Positions 20,086 to 29,855 of a stretch of 63,292 bases of DNA are shown one piece after another. Both the position numbers and the translations under genes were made by a program. Source of the stretch: Eubacteriales bacterium (lineage in GTDB: Bacteria; Bacillota; Clostridia; Oscillospirales; CAG-272); assembly GCA_045658205.1 (NCBI GenBank), contig JAZOUM010000036.1, forward strand, positions 1 through 63,292. Reading direction: 5' to 3'. The notes beneath the pieces are model-generated. The model was given only the letters and a program-made list of their open reading frames with translations. It made no database searches and was not told where the DNA came from. The stretch's first letter is position 1, and every line of letters begins with the position of its first letter.

Positions 20086-21213
20086 TTATTGCGGCTTATT
20101 GTTTTTAAAGAACTGATATAAATAGCAAGGTATCATACCGTTATACAGCTTCTTTACCTTATCCGCTTTTTTGCCGTAGAATCTCTCAAATCCTTCGTGC
20201 GAGGTAATAACGTATACCTGCCACGGAGCAAGAGATCTGAAATGTACGCCAATATCACGATAAAGTCTCTCAACCTCGGCAACCGTGCCTATTCTCTCAC
20301 CGTAAGGAGGGTTGGTAACTATCGTACCTCTTCTTCCCGGAGCAGATATGCGTCTTGCGTCCTGACGGAAAACCTTAAGAGAATTTAACACGCCCGCCCT
20401 ATACGCGTTGTCCTTGGTAAGCTTTACGCACTCCTCGTCAACGTCAGAGGCATATACCTCAAAATCTGACGGCGTAATACCCTCGAGCGCCTCCTCCTTC
20501 GCGCTTCTCCACAGCTTCTCGGGTATATATGGGAACTTTTCCGCGGCAAAATTGCGTCGCATACCGGGTGCGATATTACGCATCTGCATAGCCGCCTCGG
20601 TAGCGATGGTACCGCTACCGCACATAGGGTCCCACATAAGCACGTCCTCTCTCGGACGCGAGGTCGCCACTATAGCCGCCGCGAGAGTCTCTCTTATGGG
20701 CGCCGCGTTTGCCTCACGCCTATATCCTCTCTTGTGCAAAGGTTCTCCGGAGGTGTCTATCATAAGAGTTGCCTCGTCATTAAGGATAAAGAACTCTACC
20801 TGATACTTGACACCCTCCTCCGGAAATACCGAGATGCCATACACCTCGGACATGCTTCTTACTATCGCCTTTTTGATGATAGCCTGACAGTCCGGAATAG
20901 AAAAAAGCTGTGATTTGATGGAATGTCCTTTAACAGGGAAAGCGTCGTTTCTGCCTATGAACGATGACCAAGGAAGAGAGCGTGTGCCCTCAAACAGTTC
21001 CTCAAAGCTGGTAGCTTTAAAGGAACCAAGCTTAATAAACACTCTCTCGGCATAGCGGAGAAATACGTTGGAAAGCGCTACCGCTTCCTCGTCGCCAAGG
21101 AAGGTAACTCTGCCGTTAATTGTGGATATGCGCTCGTAACCGAGCTTTTCTATCTCCTCGCCGAGCAGATGCTCAAGACCGAAAAGACAAGTTGCAACGA
21201 GTTGTATTTTCAT
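20086..21213 (-). CDS. THUMP-domain class I SAM-dependent RNA methyltransferase (RlmL/YpsC-like)
   Basis: DPMCGSGTI (SAM binding) and NPPYGERI (N-methyltransferase motif IV), with an N-terminal THUMP-like region. Confidence 0.85.
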   Translation of the reverse strand: MKIQLVATCLFGLEHLLGEEIEKLGYERISTINGRVTFLGDEEAVALSNVFLRYAERVFIKLGSFKATSFEELFEGTRSLPWSSFIGRNDAFPVKGHSIKSQLFSIPDCQAIIKKAIVRSMSEVYGISVFPEEGVKYQVEFFILNDEATLMIDTSGEPLHKRGYRREANAAPIRETLAAAIVATSRPREDVLMWDPMCGSGTIATEAAMQMRNIAPGMRRNFAAEKFPYIPEKLWRSAKEEALEGITPSDFEVYASDVDEECVKLTKDNAYRAGVLNSLKVFRQDARRISAPGRRGTIVTNPPYGERIGTVAEVERLYRDIGVHFRSLAPWQVYVITSHEGFERFYGKKADKVKKLYNGMIPCYLYQFFKNNKPQ

Positions 21214-21225
21214 TTAAATTTACCT

Positions 21226-22059
21226 TTATTTTTCGGGAATATATCCCTCGAATATTACCGTATCAAATCCGTGACCGATCGCCGCATTTTCCTCTTCCTG
21301 AGATTTGATCGTCCAAGCGAAAAGAACCGTGTTAAATCTGCGGCGGATAAATCTGAGGTTTTTCACCCCATGTCCATTCTTTTCATATGCGATGAAATCG
21401 GGGCGCGCAAGGAAATTAAGCATAAGATTCTGGGCGAGTCTGTATATCAGCTTACCCTTGTATTTTTCTTCCTTCATATATTCGCTGGAAAGCATACCTC
21501 GCATTATATCGGGGCGAGACTTTCTTAAGATTTTAAGAGCAATGGGATTGAAGGACTCGACTACGAAATCGCCCTTGTAGCCCTCTATGACCTCGACAAA
21601 CTTCTCAGCAACGCCGCTCTCTCCCGTACCCATCTTAATTTCGACGAGTAAAGGCACCGCGCCGTCTATCATATCAAGCACCTCGCGGAAGGTTGGGATA
21701 CCGTCAGAAGTACCCAAAAGGCTCATTTTCGATAACTCCTCGGCGGTAAAATCAATTACCCTTCCCTCTCTCCCCGCGACACGTGTGAGGGTTTCGTCAT
21801 GGAAAACGACAAGCTCGCCATCCTTGGAGAGTCTTAAATCAAGTTCAATACCGTAGCCGTTTTCCTTAGCCTTCGCAAACGCAGACATAGAGTTTTCCGC
21901 CGCTCCTTCGGAGTGCAGACCACGATGGGCAAATCTCGCCCCGCGATATCTCTCTATCTCGTGACGGCGGCGTCCCGGCATAAGCATATACAGCCATAAA
22001 AGAGCGCCTAATAAAGTTATCGATATGGTTATAATCAGAAAAATGTATATAGGATGCAT
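21226..22059 (-). CDS. glycerophosphodiester phosphodiesterase family protein with N-terminal TM anchor
   Basis: AHRGLH...ENS..AF and ELDLRLSKDGELVVFHD motifs. The ATG at 22059 follows AGAGGGA. The track start at 22077 is a TTG. Confidence 0.85.
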   Translation of the reverse strand: MHPIYIFLIITISITLLGALLWLYMLMPGRRRHEIERYRGARFAHRGLHSEGAAENSMSAFAKAKENGYGIELDLRLSKDGELVVFHDETLTRVAGREGRVIDFTAEELSKMSLLGTSDGIPTFREVLDMIDGAVPLLVEIKMGTGESGVAEKFVEVIEGYKGDFVVESFNPIALKILRKSRPDIMRGMLSSEYMKEEKYKGKLIYRLAQNLMLNFLARPDFIAYEKNGHGVKNLRFIRRRFNTVLFAWTIKSQEEENAAIGHGFDTVIFEGYIPEK

Positions 22060-22123
22060 ATTTCCCTCTTTATCCAAAGCGAACGGTACCGTAATCAGTA
22101 CCGTTCACCCATTTTAATCATTA

Positions 22124-23401
22124 TTAATCATCGGCTCCCGCCAAGCTTTCAAGCGCACCCTGCGCCTCAGGCTTAGAGTCACCGTGCTGAACGAAGAACA
22201 TCGTTACGAACGCGAAACCTACGAAGATAGCAGCATAGGGGAAGAATACGTGCCAGCCGATCTTGTCTACAAGGAAGCCGGAAAGTATAGGTGTAACTAT
22301 CTGCGCAGTCATAGAAGCCGTGTAATAGAAGCCGGTGTACTTACCAACGTCACCGCCCTTGGCAAGTTCAACTACCATGGGGAAGGAGTTAACGTTGATG
22401 GTAGCCCAACCAATACCGGCAAGGCAGAAGAGAAGATACATAGCGATAGGAGTCGTTCCCTCCTTGATAAAGGAAGCGGCAGCGAATGCAACGGTAAGCA
22501 TAAGCACGCCTGCAAGAATAGTCTTCTTTCTTCCGATCTTGGAAGCAACCATACCTACGGGTATGTAGGATACTATCGCCGCGCCCTGCGCAACAAGTAA
22601 CGTAACTGTGTAAGGAACCTTAAGTACCTCGGTAGCGTATACCGAATACTTAGAGGTGATCGCGTTGTAGCCGATGTACCAAAGAGCTACCGACGCAAGA
22701 ATGAGAATAAGCGAGGTAAGCTCGGAGCGTGTAAGCTTTCCGAAAGCCTTAGGCTGTTCCGCTACGGGAGACTCAGCGTCAAGCTTAGCGTTCTCTGCCT
22801 CTGCCTCAGAGGACCAAAGAGGCTCCTTAACGGTAAGGAGGAACGCAACGAGCGCGCCGAGCATAAGTACGCTGACAGCGATAAGATATACCGAGAAGTC
22901 GGTCTTGCCTGCGGTGCTGGTCTTAAATACTATACCAAGGCCGAGAACGATCATACCACCTGCAGTACCCATAAGATTGATAACCGCATTACCCTTAGAT
23001 CTAAGAGGCTTTACGGTAACGTCGGGCATAAGAGCGACTGCGGGAGAACGGAAGGTTGCCATAGAAAGAAGACAACCGAGAAGAACGAATACAAACAAAA
23101 TAAGCTTGGGAGTAAATCCAAGAAGAATAAGGAACAATGACGCAAATACGGTGCCTACCGTTATATACGGAGTTCTCTTACCAAACTTAGATACGGTCTT
23201 GTCGGAAAGAGCGCCGAATATGGGAAGAAGCACTACCGCAAAAATGTTGTCAAGCGACATGATGATGCCCGAATAAGTTTGTTCCATATTGAACTTATTC
23301 GTAAGAATGAGGGGCACGATGGTGTCATAAGCCTGCCAGAATGCGCTGATAAGGAAGAAAGCAAAGCCTACGAGAATAGTTCTTTTGTAGTTAAGTTTCA
23401 T
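22124..23401 (-). CDS. MFS transporter, glycoside-pentoside-hexuronide (GPH)-like
   Basis: About 12 TM segments. GALSDKTVSKFGKRTPY resembles the GPH signature. Confidence 0.75.
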   Translation of the reverse strand: MKLNYKRTILVGFAFFLISAFWQAYDTIVPLILTNKFNMEQTYSGIIMSLDNIFAVVLLPIFGALSDKTVSKFGKRTPYITVGTVFASLFLILLGFTPKLILFVFVLLGCLLSMATFRSPAVALMPDVTVKPLRSKGNAVINLMGTAGGMIVLGLGIVFKTSTAGKTDFSVYLIAVSVLMLGALVAFLLTVKEPLWSSEAEAENAKLDAESPVAEQPKAFGKLTRSELTSLILILASVALWYIGYNAITSKYSVYATEVLKVPYTVTLLVAQGAAIVSYIPVGMVASKIGRKKTILAGVLMLTVAFAAASFIKEGTTPIAMYLLFCLAGIGWATINVNSFPMVVELAKGGDVGKYTGFYYTASMTAQIVTPILSGFLVDKIGWHVFFPYAAIFVGFAFVTMFFVQHGDSKPEAQGALESLAGADD

Positions 23402-23655
23402 ATTTTCCCTTCCTGTTCTTTATAAAATACAAGGATATTTTAACACATATTATTCTATTTGTCAAATATCTCGGAGATTTTCTAACTTTTGTTTAAAAAA
23501 GAAGAAAATATTTAGTGCATAACAAACAAACTTGTTTAGCAATCTCAACGATTTTCCCGAAAATCAATAGACATGCGTTCCAAATTGTGATAATATAAAC
23601 TCGCATAAATATATAACCGCGTGAGCATATCTTGCGGATATCAAGGAGAAAAGCT

Positions 23656-26010
23656 ATGCATAACCTAAACAACGCGCCACTTATTTGTTTAAAGGCAAAC
23701 GTAAACGCCGCTCTTTACAAGGGCGAGCGAATGCTTCTTAATACAGCTCCCGTTGTAAAAGACGGTAAAATGATGATACCTAAAGAGGCGCTTCTGCTTC
23801 TCGGTATTGAATGTCACACCGACTTTATGTCTTCGGATAATCTTTGCGGCTTCAACACGGTCTACGAGGGTATGGGACTTCTCTTCCTTGACAACAATAG
23901 TTTCCCCACTCTTTCACTTGAAAATGACCTTGTCGCTATCCTTAGCTTCGCTCATAAATTTATCTTTGATATAGACGTTATAACGCTCGGTAAAAGCTAC
24001 GCTCCGGCAACAAACGAGGAGCGAGAGGGATTCAAAACGGTAGGAAACAAGCTGCTTAAGCTTTTCAAGGAAAGAAACAACACACACCCCTACCTCTTCG
24101 GCTCACAGGATATATTTGACAAGCTGCGCGCCTCTTATGCCTCGGGTAAGGATACTGAGCTTTGCCGTCACCTTAAGACTATTGTAAAAAAGGCAGACGA
24201 TTTGCTCCTTGAGCACGTACCCGCGCTTAACGAAAATGGTGACGGACTCGTTGAGCCCATGACTCCCTCCGGATACGGAGAGACCGAATACGACGTAGGC
24301 GGCAGACACTCAAATTCAGAGGCGCATCTTACAAATCTTACTTATTCGGCAATAGCATATCTTATTACAAATGAAGAGCGTTACGCAAGACACGTATATT
24401 TTGCCGCGCTCGGTATAATCAATAGACTCCATTGGGGTCCCGGCCACTTCCTCAACTGTTCCGGCGCAACAATGCGCCTTGCCTCTATATACGACTGGCT
24501 CTACAACGCGTGGGAGTCTCTCGGACTTGACACGGGCGCTATCAGACGAGGCATCTATACACAAGGACTTCATCACGGCTTCAACTCGGTAGTACACGAC
24601 CGCTGTGACTTCCCCAGCCCTCAGCAGGGCACGGGCTGGCGCTTTAAGCTCAAGCCAGACAACTGGAACTCCGTTTGCAACGACGGTATGATAGTCGGCT
24701 CACTCGCTATCCTTGGCGACGGCATTGACGAATACATCAGCTCTGAGGAATACGCAAACGTTACCGAGCTTCTCGGCGCCTGTATCACCAGCACAATGCA
24801 GCCTCATCTTGTATTTACTCAGTACGCACCGGACGGCTCGTACGTTGAATCCAACTCGTATTGGGCATACGGAACGACAAACCTTATCACATCTATGGCG
24901 GCGCTTTATGACTCGCTCGGCACAGATCTTGGGCTTCACAACGCCTGCGGCTTTGATAAGACCTGCTATTACGCGATCAATACGGAGAGCGCGGAATTTA
25001 TCGGCTGGAACTATCACGACGGTCATCTCAGCAGTCAGAACACATCTTGCTTCAATCCCCTTGCTACAATATCCGGCGACTCTCAGCTTTACGCTATCAG
25101 AAATAACCAGCTAAGAGAGGGCAAGGAGATCACCGTGCTTGATATTTTGTATCACCCCGAGGTAAGAGAGCAGGATATGCCGGAGCTTTCGGCTTTGCCC
25201 CTTGACTACGCTATGGACGGAATCGATGCCTTCAGCGTAAGAAACGGTTGGAAAAAGGGCTCATTGTACGCGGGAATGATAGGCGGTGAAAACGCTATCG
25301 GAGGAAGTCACAACCAGGTAGACTCCGGCGCGTTCGTGTATCACAATCTCGGTAAGCTCTGGTTCACCGATCTCGGTAGCGATTATTACAATTCACGAGG
25401 TATCGCGAACGGAGAGGGTTATTTCTCTAATTACGCGCTTTACAGAAGGAACGCAGAAGGAAATAATACCCTCGCTCTAAAATCGCTCCCATTCGGACAG
25501 CTTCTCGGCAAACGCGGCGCTATGGTAGAATATTCCTCCAAGGATTCGACATCCTATTGTATAATAGACAATAAAGAGGTGTACGGCGAGGATAAGGTAA
25601 GAAGCGCAAAGAGAGGTATGCTCCTCACAAACGATAGAAAAACTCTCGTAATTAAGGATGAGATAGAATTCACCGACGTCGACTCCGCATTCACTACGGC
25701 GCATTTTGAGTCGGATAAGATTAGCGCTGAAATACTCGACGACGGCAAAAAATGCGTCCTTACACACAAGGACGGAGAGAAAATATACGTGACTCTCGTC
25801 GGAGACGGTATGCTCGAGATAGCCAACTGTACCGACGCCCTGCTCGAGGGTACAGGTCCTGCGACCGGCGAGTATCCAAGAGATAACTTCCAAAGACTCG
25901 TTGTACGTTACGACAACGTCAAGACTGTAAACACAGCCTTCGTTATTGATACCGACGAACACTCCGCCATAAAAGAAGCGCCCGATATGCGCGAATGGAA
26001 AACCCTATAA
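23656..26010 (+). CDS. heparinase II/III-like family protein (putative polysaccharide/oligosaccharide lyase), paralog 1
   Basis: DNWNSVCNDG, YAPDGSYVESNSYWAYG and GGSHNQVDSGAFVYH motifs are shared with paralog 2 and resemble heparinase II/III-type lyases. The N-terminal roughly 60 aa resemble a copper-amine-oxidase-N-like stalk domain. No signal peptide. The ATG at 23656 follows AAGGAGA. Confidence 0.7.
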   Translation: MHNLNNAPLICLKANVNAALYKGERMLLNTAPVVKDGKMMIPKEALLLLGIECHTDFMSSDNLCGFNTVYEGMGLLFLDNNSFPTLSLENDLVAILSFAHKFIFDIDVITLGKSYAPATNEEREGFKTVGNKLLKLFKERNNTHPYLFGSQDIFDKLRASYASGKDTELCRHLKTIVKKADDLLLEHVPALNENGDGLVEPMTPSGYGETEYDVGGRHSNSEAHLTNLTYSAIAYLITNEERYARHVYFAALGIINRLHWGPGHFLNCSGATMRLASIYDWLYNAWESLGLDTGAIRRGIYTQGLHHGFNSVVHDRCDFPSPQQGTGWRFKLKPDNWNSVCNDGMIVGSLAILGDGIDEYISSEEYANVTELLGACITSTMQPHLVFTQYAPDGSYVESNSYWAYGTTNLITSMAALYDSLGTDLGLHNACGFDKTCYYAINTESAEFIGWNYHDGHLSSQNTSCFNPLATISGDSQLYAIRNNQLREGKEITVLDILYHPEVREQDMPELSALPLDYAMDGIDAFSVRNGWKKGSLYAGMIGGENAIGGSHNQVDSGAFVYHNLGKLWFTDLGSDYYNSRGIANGEGYFSNYALYRRNAEGNNTLALKSLPFGQLLGKRGAMVEYSSKDSTSYCIIDNKEVYGEDKVRSAKRGMLLTNDRKTLVIKDEIEFTDVDSAFTTAHFESDKISAEILDDGKKCVLTHKDGEKIYVTLVGDGMLEIANCTDALLEGTGPATGEYPRDNFQRLVVRYDNVKTVNTAFVIDTDEHSAIKEAPDMREWKTL

Positions 26011-26043
26011 AATCCATCACATAAAAAACGAAAGGAGAGCGAA

Positions 26044-26982
26044 ATGCAGATAATCAATTTTCACTATCCGGATAATCCAAATTTAAAAAAACTTGCAGTC
26101 GCTCTCGGCTACTTTGACGGAATACACGTTGGACATAGAGAATTAATCTCTATGCTCGTGCGTGAAGCAAGGGTGAAAGGGTTGTCTCCTTACGTACTTA
26201 CTTTTGCAGATTCACTTTCACAAACAAAGAAAACGCAAAGTATTATTTACAATATCGATGAAAAAGTAAAAATATTCGAGTCGCTCGGCGTAGAAGGTGT
26301 TATAGTTACCGACTTCGCTTCCGTGGCGGATCTATCACCAGAGCGCTTTGTTCGCGAGGTGCTTGTAGGTTATCTCGGAGCAGAACTTGCAGTGCTTGGA
26401 TACAATTTCCGCTTTGGAAAGGGAGCTGAGGGCGACTCATCGTTACTTGTCGAGCTTATGGACTCGCTCGGAAAGAGAGCTATAGTTTTAAGTGAGCAAA
26501 AGATAGACGGTAAGCCTTTATCCGCTACCGTTATACGAGAGCTTTTGATGAATAAATGTCTATCTGATGCTACGCGTATGCTCGGTGCGCCGTACTCTAT
26601 AGAGGGTACGGTAGAAAAAGGACTCGGACTTGGCAAGGCTTACGGCTTCCCTACAGTCAACATGCCCCTCCGCGAAGGATTCCCTCTACCTACAGGCGTA
26701 TATAGAACAGCGGTAAAAGTAGACAAAAAGCTCTACACGGGTATCACTAATATAGGTAGATGCCCCACTGTACAGGAACGAGAAATACATGCGGAGACGC
26801 TGATCGCTGACTTTGACGGTGACCTTTACGGCAAGGCCATCAAGATATTTTTCCTCGGTTATTTGCGTGAGGAAAGGCTCTTTGACACCATAGATGAGTT
26901 ACGAGAACAAATATATAAGGACAAAGAAATTTCAATAAAAGAAAACGGAGATTTAAAATGGCTGGAAATTGGACAAAGCTGA
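26044..26982 (+). CDS. ribF: bifunctional riboflavin kinase / FAD synthetase
   Basis: GYFDGIHVGH nucleotidyltransferase motif and C-terminal riboflavin kinase region (GFPTVN...). Confidence 0.9.
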   Translation: MQIINFHYPDNPNLKKLAVALGYFDGIHVGHRELISMLVREARVKGLSPYVLTFADSLSQTKKTQSIIYNIDEKVKIFESLGVEGVIVTDFASVADLSPERFVREVLVGYLGAELAVLGYNFRFGKGAEGDSSLLVELMDSLGKRAIVLSEQKIDGKPLSATVIRELLMNKCLSDATRMLGAPYSIEGTVEKGLGLGKAYGFPTVNMPLREGFPLPTGVYRTAVKVDKKLYTGITNIGRCPTVQEREIHAETLIADFDGDLYGKAIKIFFLGYLREERLFDTIDELREQIYKDKEISIKENGDLKWLEIGQS

Positions 26983-27872
26983 CGGTAACCGGACACGTTA
27001 ACGACCTCGACGGCATCTCTGCCGTAATGAGTATGCTCGACAACGGTCTTATGATAGAGGACTACAGTGACTTCTCGCTCAACGGTATGTATGGCGAGTT
27101 GGTTGACGAATCGATACTTAACGCCGATAGAGAAACCGTTAAGGTATCTATTTTCGTACCCGAGGAAAAGAACTTTGCCGAGTATCGCGTTTACCTTGAG
27201 GCAAGACTCTCCTCTCTCGGCATCAAGCACGAGATATCCATAGAGGGCATGAACGAGGAGGACTGGTCCGAGAGCTGGAAGCAGTATTACAAGCCTATCC
27301 CACTTGGCAAGGTAACGGTAGTTCCCGCCTGGGAAAAATACGACGCCAAGGATGGAGAGATCATCATAAGAATGGATCCCGGCATGGCATTCGGTACCGG
27401 AACACACGAGACCACTCGTCTCGTTATGAGAATAATGCAGGACTTGATCAAGGGTGGCGAAAGAGTGCTTGATGTAGGCACAGGCTCGGGTATTCTCTCC
27501 ATCTGCGCATCCAAGCTCGGCGCTAAATCCTGCAATGCATACGACATCGACCCCGTAGCTGTAAAGGTTGCGAGAGAGAACGCGCGTGACGACGGATGCG
27601 ACAATATCACCGTAGGCGTGTCGGATCTTCTCAAGGGAGTTGATCTTTCCGAGGGCAAGTACGACTTCTGCGTTGCAAACATAGTGTCCGACATTATCAT
27701 ACGTATGATGCCCGATATTCACGACTATCTTAAGGACGGCGCTCCCCTCATTCTTTCGGGTATCATTCTAGACAGAGCCGATGAGGTAAGAGCATCGGTT
27801 AAGGAAAACGGATTCACTATCGAGCGCGAGGAAAGAGAAAACGACTGGGTCGGCATCCTCTGCAGAAGATAA
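26958..27872 (+). CDS. prmA: ribosomal protein L11 methyltransferase
   Basis: PGMAFGTGTHETT and DVGTGSGILS motifs. It overlaps the ribF 3-prime end by 25 nt. Confidence 0.9.
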   Translation: MAGNWTKLTVTGHVNDLDGISAVMSMLDNGLMIEDYSDFSLNGMYGELVDESILNADRETVKVSIFVPEEKNFAEYRVYLEARLSSLGIKHEISIEGMNEEDWSESWKQYYKPIPLGKVTVVPAWEKYDAKDGEIIIRMDPGMAFGTGTHETTRLVMRIMQDLIKGGERVLDVGTGSGILSICASKLGAKSCNAYDIDPVAVKVARENARDDGCDNITVGVSDLLKGVDLSEGKYDFCVANIVSDIIIRMMPDIHDYLKDGAPLILSGIILDRADEVRASVKENGFTIEREERENDWVGILCRR

Positions 27873-27971
27873 TTTAAAAGCATCGCTATTAAAGCGCGTT
27901 TGTATCTTTTCGATTCACTCGGCTACATATATTATGTTGTGTGATCAAGGTATTTCGGAGGCAAGACATAA

Positions 27972-28709
27972 ATGGCAAGATTCTTTGTAAATAAGGAAAA
28001 CATAACCGACAATATAATAACTATTTCCGGTAACGACGCCTTTCACATCGCTCGCTCGCTACGCATGGCTGTAGGAGACACCTTGACCGTGTGCGATGAG
28101 GACGGCACGGAATATCACTCCTCTCTGACTCGCATACGTGATGACGAATGTCTGGCAGAGGTGCTATCAAAGCAGTCCGGAACAACCGAAAGCCCTGTTG
28201 AAATAACGCTGTATATGGCATACCCAAAGGGCGATAAGCTCGAGACCGTGGTGCAAAAATCAGTTGAGCTTGGCGCGTTCGCTATAGTCCCCTTTGAGTC
28301 GTCGAGATGTATCAAGCGTCCGTCGGCAGACAAGGCTGACAAAATAACCGATCGTCTTTCTCGCATAGCTGAGGAGGCGGCGAAGCAATGCGGTAGATCA
28401 AGACTACCGAAAATATCAAAAATGATAAAGCTCAAGGACGTATGCGAGAGCATCAAGGACTACGATCTCACACTCTTCTGCTACGAGGGTAAGGGCGCAG
28501 AATCCTTAAAAACCACGCTTGAAGGCTATGGCAGACAGAACGGCAGAATTGCGGTAGTGATCGGATCAGAGGGCGGATTTTCCGAGGAAGAGGCAGAGCT
28601 TATTACTAATAGTGGAGCAAAATGCGTCAACCTCGGTCCGAGAATCCTCAGATGCGAGACCGCTCCCGACTATTGTCTCTCGGCTATATCCTATCACTTC
28701 GAGCTGTAA
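27972..28709 (+). CDS. rsmE: 16S rRNA (uracil1498-N3)-methyltransferase
   Basis: MARFFV N-terminus, PUA-like N-domain, and C-terminal SPOUT region (VIGSEGGFSEEE...LGPRILRCETA). Confidence 0.9.
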   Translation: MARFFVNKENITDNIITISGNDAFHIARSLRMAVGDTLTVCDEDGTEYHSSLTRIRDDECLAEVLSKQSGTTESPVEITLYMAYPKGDKLETVVQKSVELGAFAIVPFESSRCIKRPSADKADKITDRLSRIAEEAAKQCGRSRLPKISKMIKLKDVCESIKDYDLTLFCYEGKGAESLKTTLEGYGRQNGRIAVVIGSEGGFSEEEAELITNSGAKCVNLGPRILRCETAPDYCLSAISYHFEL

Positions 28710-28806
28710 TCTAAAAGGCTGTATTTAAAATTCTTGATATCGCACGGCATAAGAAATCTGCCGAAGCATTAAAGAAAAACTATAAAACAATAAGCTATAT
28801 ACTAAT

Positions 28807-28879
28807 AAAAAACAGGCATTATCCTATGGGGCGTGTGACGTTTTCCCATATTTAATGCCTGCTTTTTTATTTAAAACTT
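28807..28879 (+). repeat. 73-bp direct repeat, copy 1 (terminator hairpin plus relic of the dnaJ 3-prime end)
   Basis: 71/73 identical to 29856-29928. It contains the hairpin AGGCATTA..TATGGG..CCCATA..TAATGCCT flanked by A- and T-runs. It ends in TTAAAACTT, which in copy 2 is the reverse complement of the last two dnaJ codons plus stop. Confidence 0.9.
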
Positions 28880-28911
28880 ACTCTGCGCAAGTATTACCTA
28901 ACATCTACAAA

Positions 28912-28986
28912 TTACACCACTAAGAAAACACCCAAACAAAATATCGAGCATACAAAAATAAAAATAATAGTTCTAATTTTTTTCAT
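28912..28986 (-). CDS. candidate 24-aa hydrophobic peptide (MKKIRTIIFIFVCSIFCLGVFLVV)
   Basis: The ATG at 28986 is preceded by AAAAAAGGAGAGAGAAT (strong SD, about 5 nt spacing), 25 nt downstream of the lipoprotein stop. It is below the ORF-track size cutoff. Confidence 0.3.
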   Translation of the reverse strand: MKKIRTIIFIFVCSIFCLGVFLVV

Positions 28987-29011
28987 ATTCTCTCTCCTTT
29001 TTTGTTTTTTA

Positions 29012-29578
29012 TTACCTGACCTCTACAAATTCCACATCCGAGGCATTTGTCTTTTCCATTGTTACTAGCAAACACCTTAATCCCGGACGAGAGTAATCAG
29101 ATCTTTGATTTTCTTCCATCGTATAATATATTAATATTTTCTCACTATTTTGTTTTATATTCTGAATGTAATATTCTCTTTGCCCATAGCCGGATAAAAA
29201 GAAATGTAAATACGCAACCTCCTTGTCAAAATTTACATTAAAAGCGTCCTCTATAAAAACATTATCCATCTCTTCTTGACTTGTTATAATGAATGTTTTA
29301 GTATATGGATACTCTTCTTTGTTGTAATAATCAATCTCAGAATTTCTTATTGGATGTTGTTTTATAAATTCCGGTTTTATGTATTCTTCTACAAAACTAT
29401 CCATATTCGCATTATACTTGGCATAATTATATCCTTTAGTTACAGTCTTTTTTGTTTTATAAGCAAAATTCCACGCAATATCACCTATATTTTTATACGT
29501 TTTTGATCCCGAACAACTAGTAAGTGTCAATAAAATTATGCTTGATAAAAGCAATGAAACTACTGATTTTTTTAACAT
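29012..29578 (-). CDS. lipoprotein of unknown function
   Basis: MLKKSVVSLLLSSIILLTLTSCSG has a clear lipobox (LTSC). AGGAG SD. The coding sequence is markedly more AT-rich than its neighbours. Confidence 0.7.
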   Translation of the reverse strand: MLKKSVVSLLLSSIILLTLTSCSGSKTYKNIGDIAWNFAYKTKKTVTKGYNYAKYNANMDSFVEEYIKPEFIKQHPIRNSEIDYYNKEEYPYTKTFIITSQEEMDNVFIEDAFNVNFDKEVAYLHFFLSGYGQREYYIQNIKQNSEKILIYYTMEENQRSDYSRPGLRCLLVTMEKTNASDVEFVEVR

Positions 29579-29855
29579 ATAATCTCCTTACAAAAAGCAA
29601 TTTTACATATTTTGAAAAAACATTGGCTTACCCTCTCTTATTTAAGCAAAATCATAGACACACATTATATCCACCGTTTGTGCATAAAATGATTTACTGT
29701 AGTATAATATATTTTCCCAATATAAACATTCGGCAAAACGTAGTTATAATGTACGCATAGATCAGAATCTACTGTACAACTTTATTTTAACAAAGGTTTT
29801 TATACAAGTCAAGGGGTATTATTTTGTAATATTTTTTCATCTCGGTCATTCAACA

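Noticed and set aside
22081-22106. A hairpin GAACGGTAC-N8-GTACCGTTC between the MFS transporter gene and the GDPD gene.
   Set aside because: The stem is a perfect 9 bp, but no convincing U-run follows on the transcribed (minus) strand. It may be a weak attenuator or an mRNA stabiliser, and the evidence is insufficient to call it a terminator.
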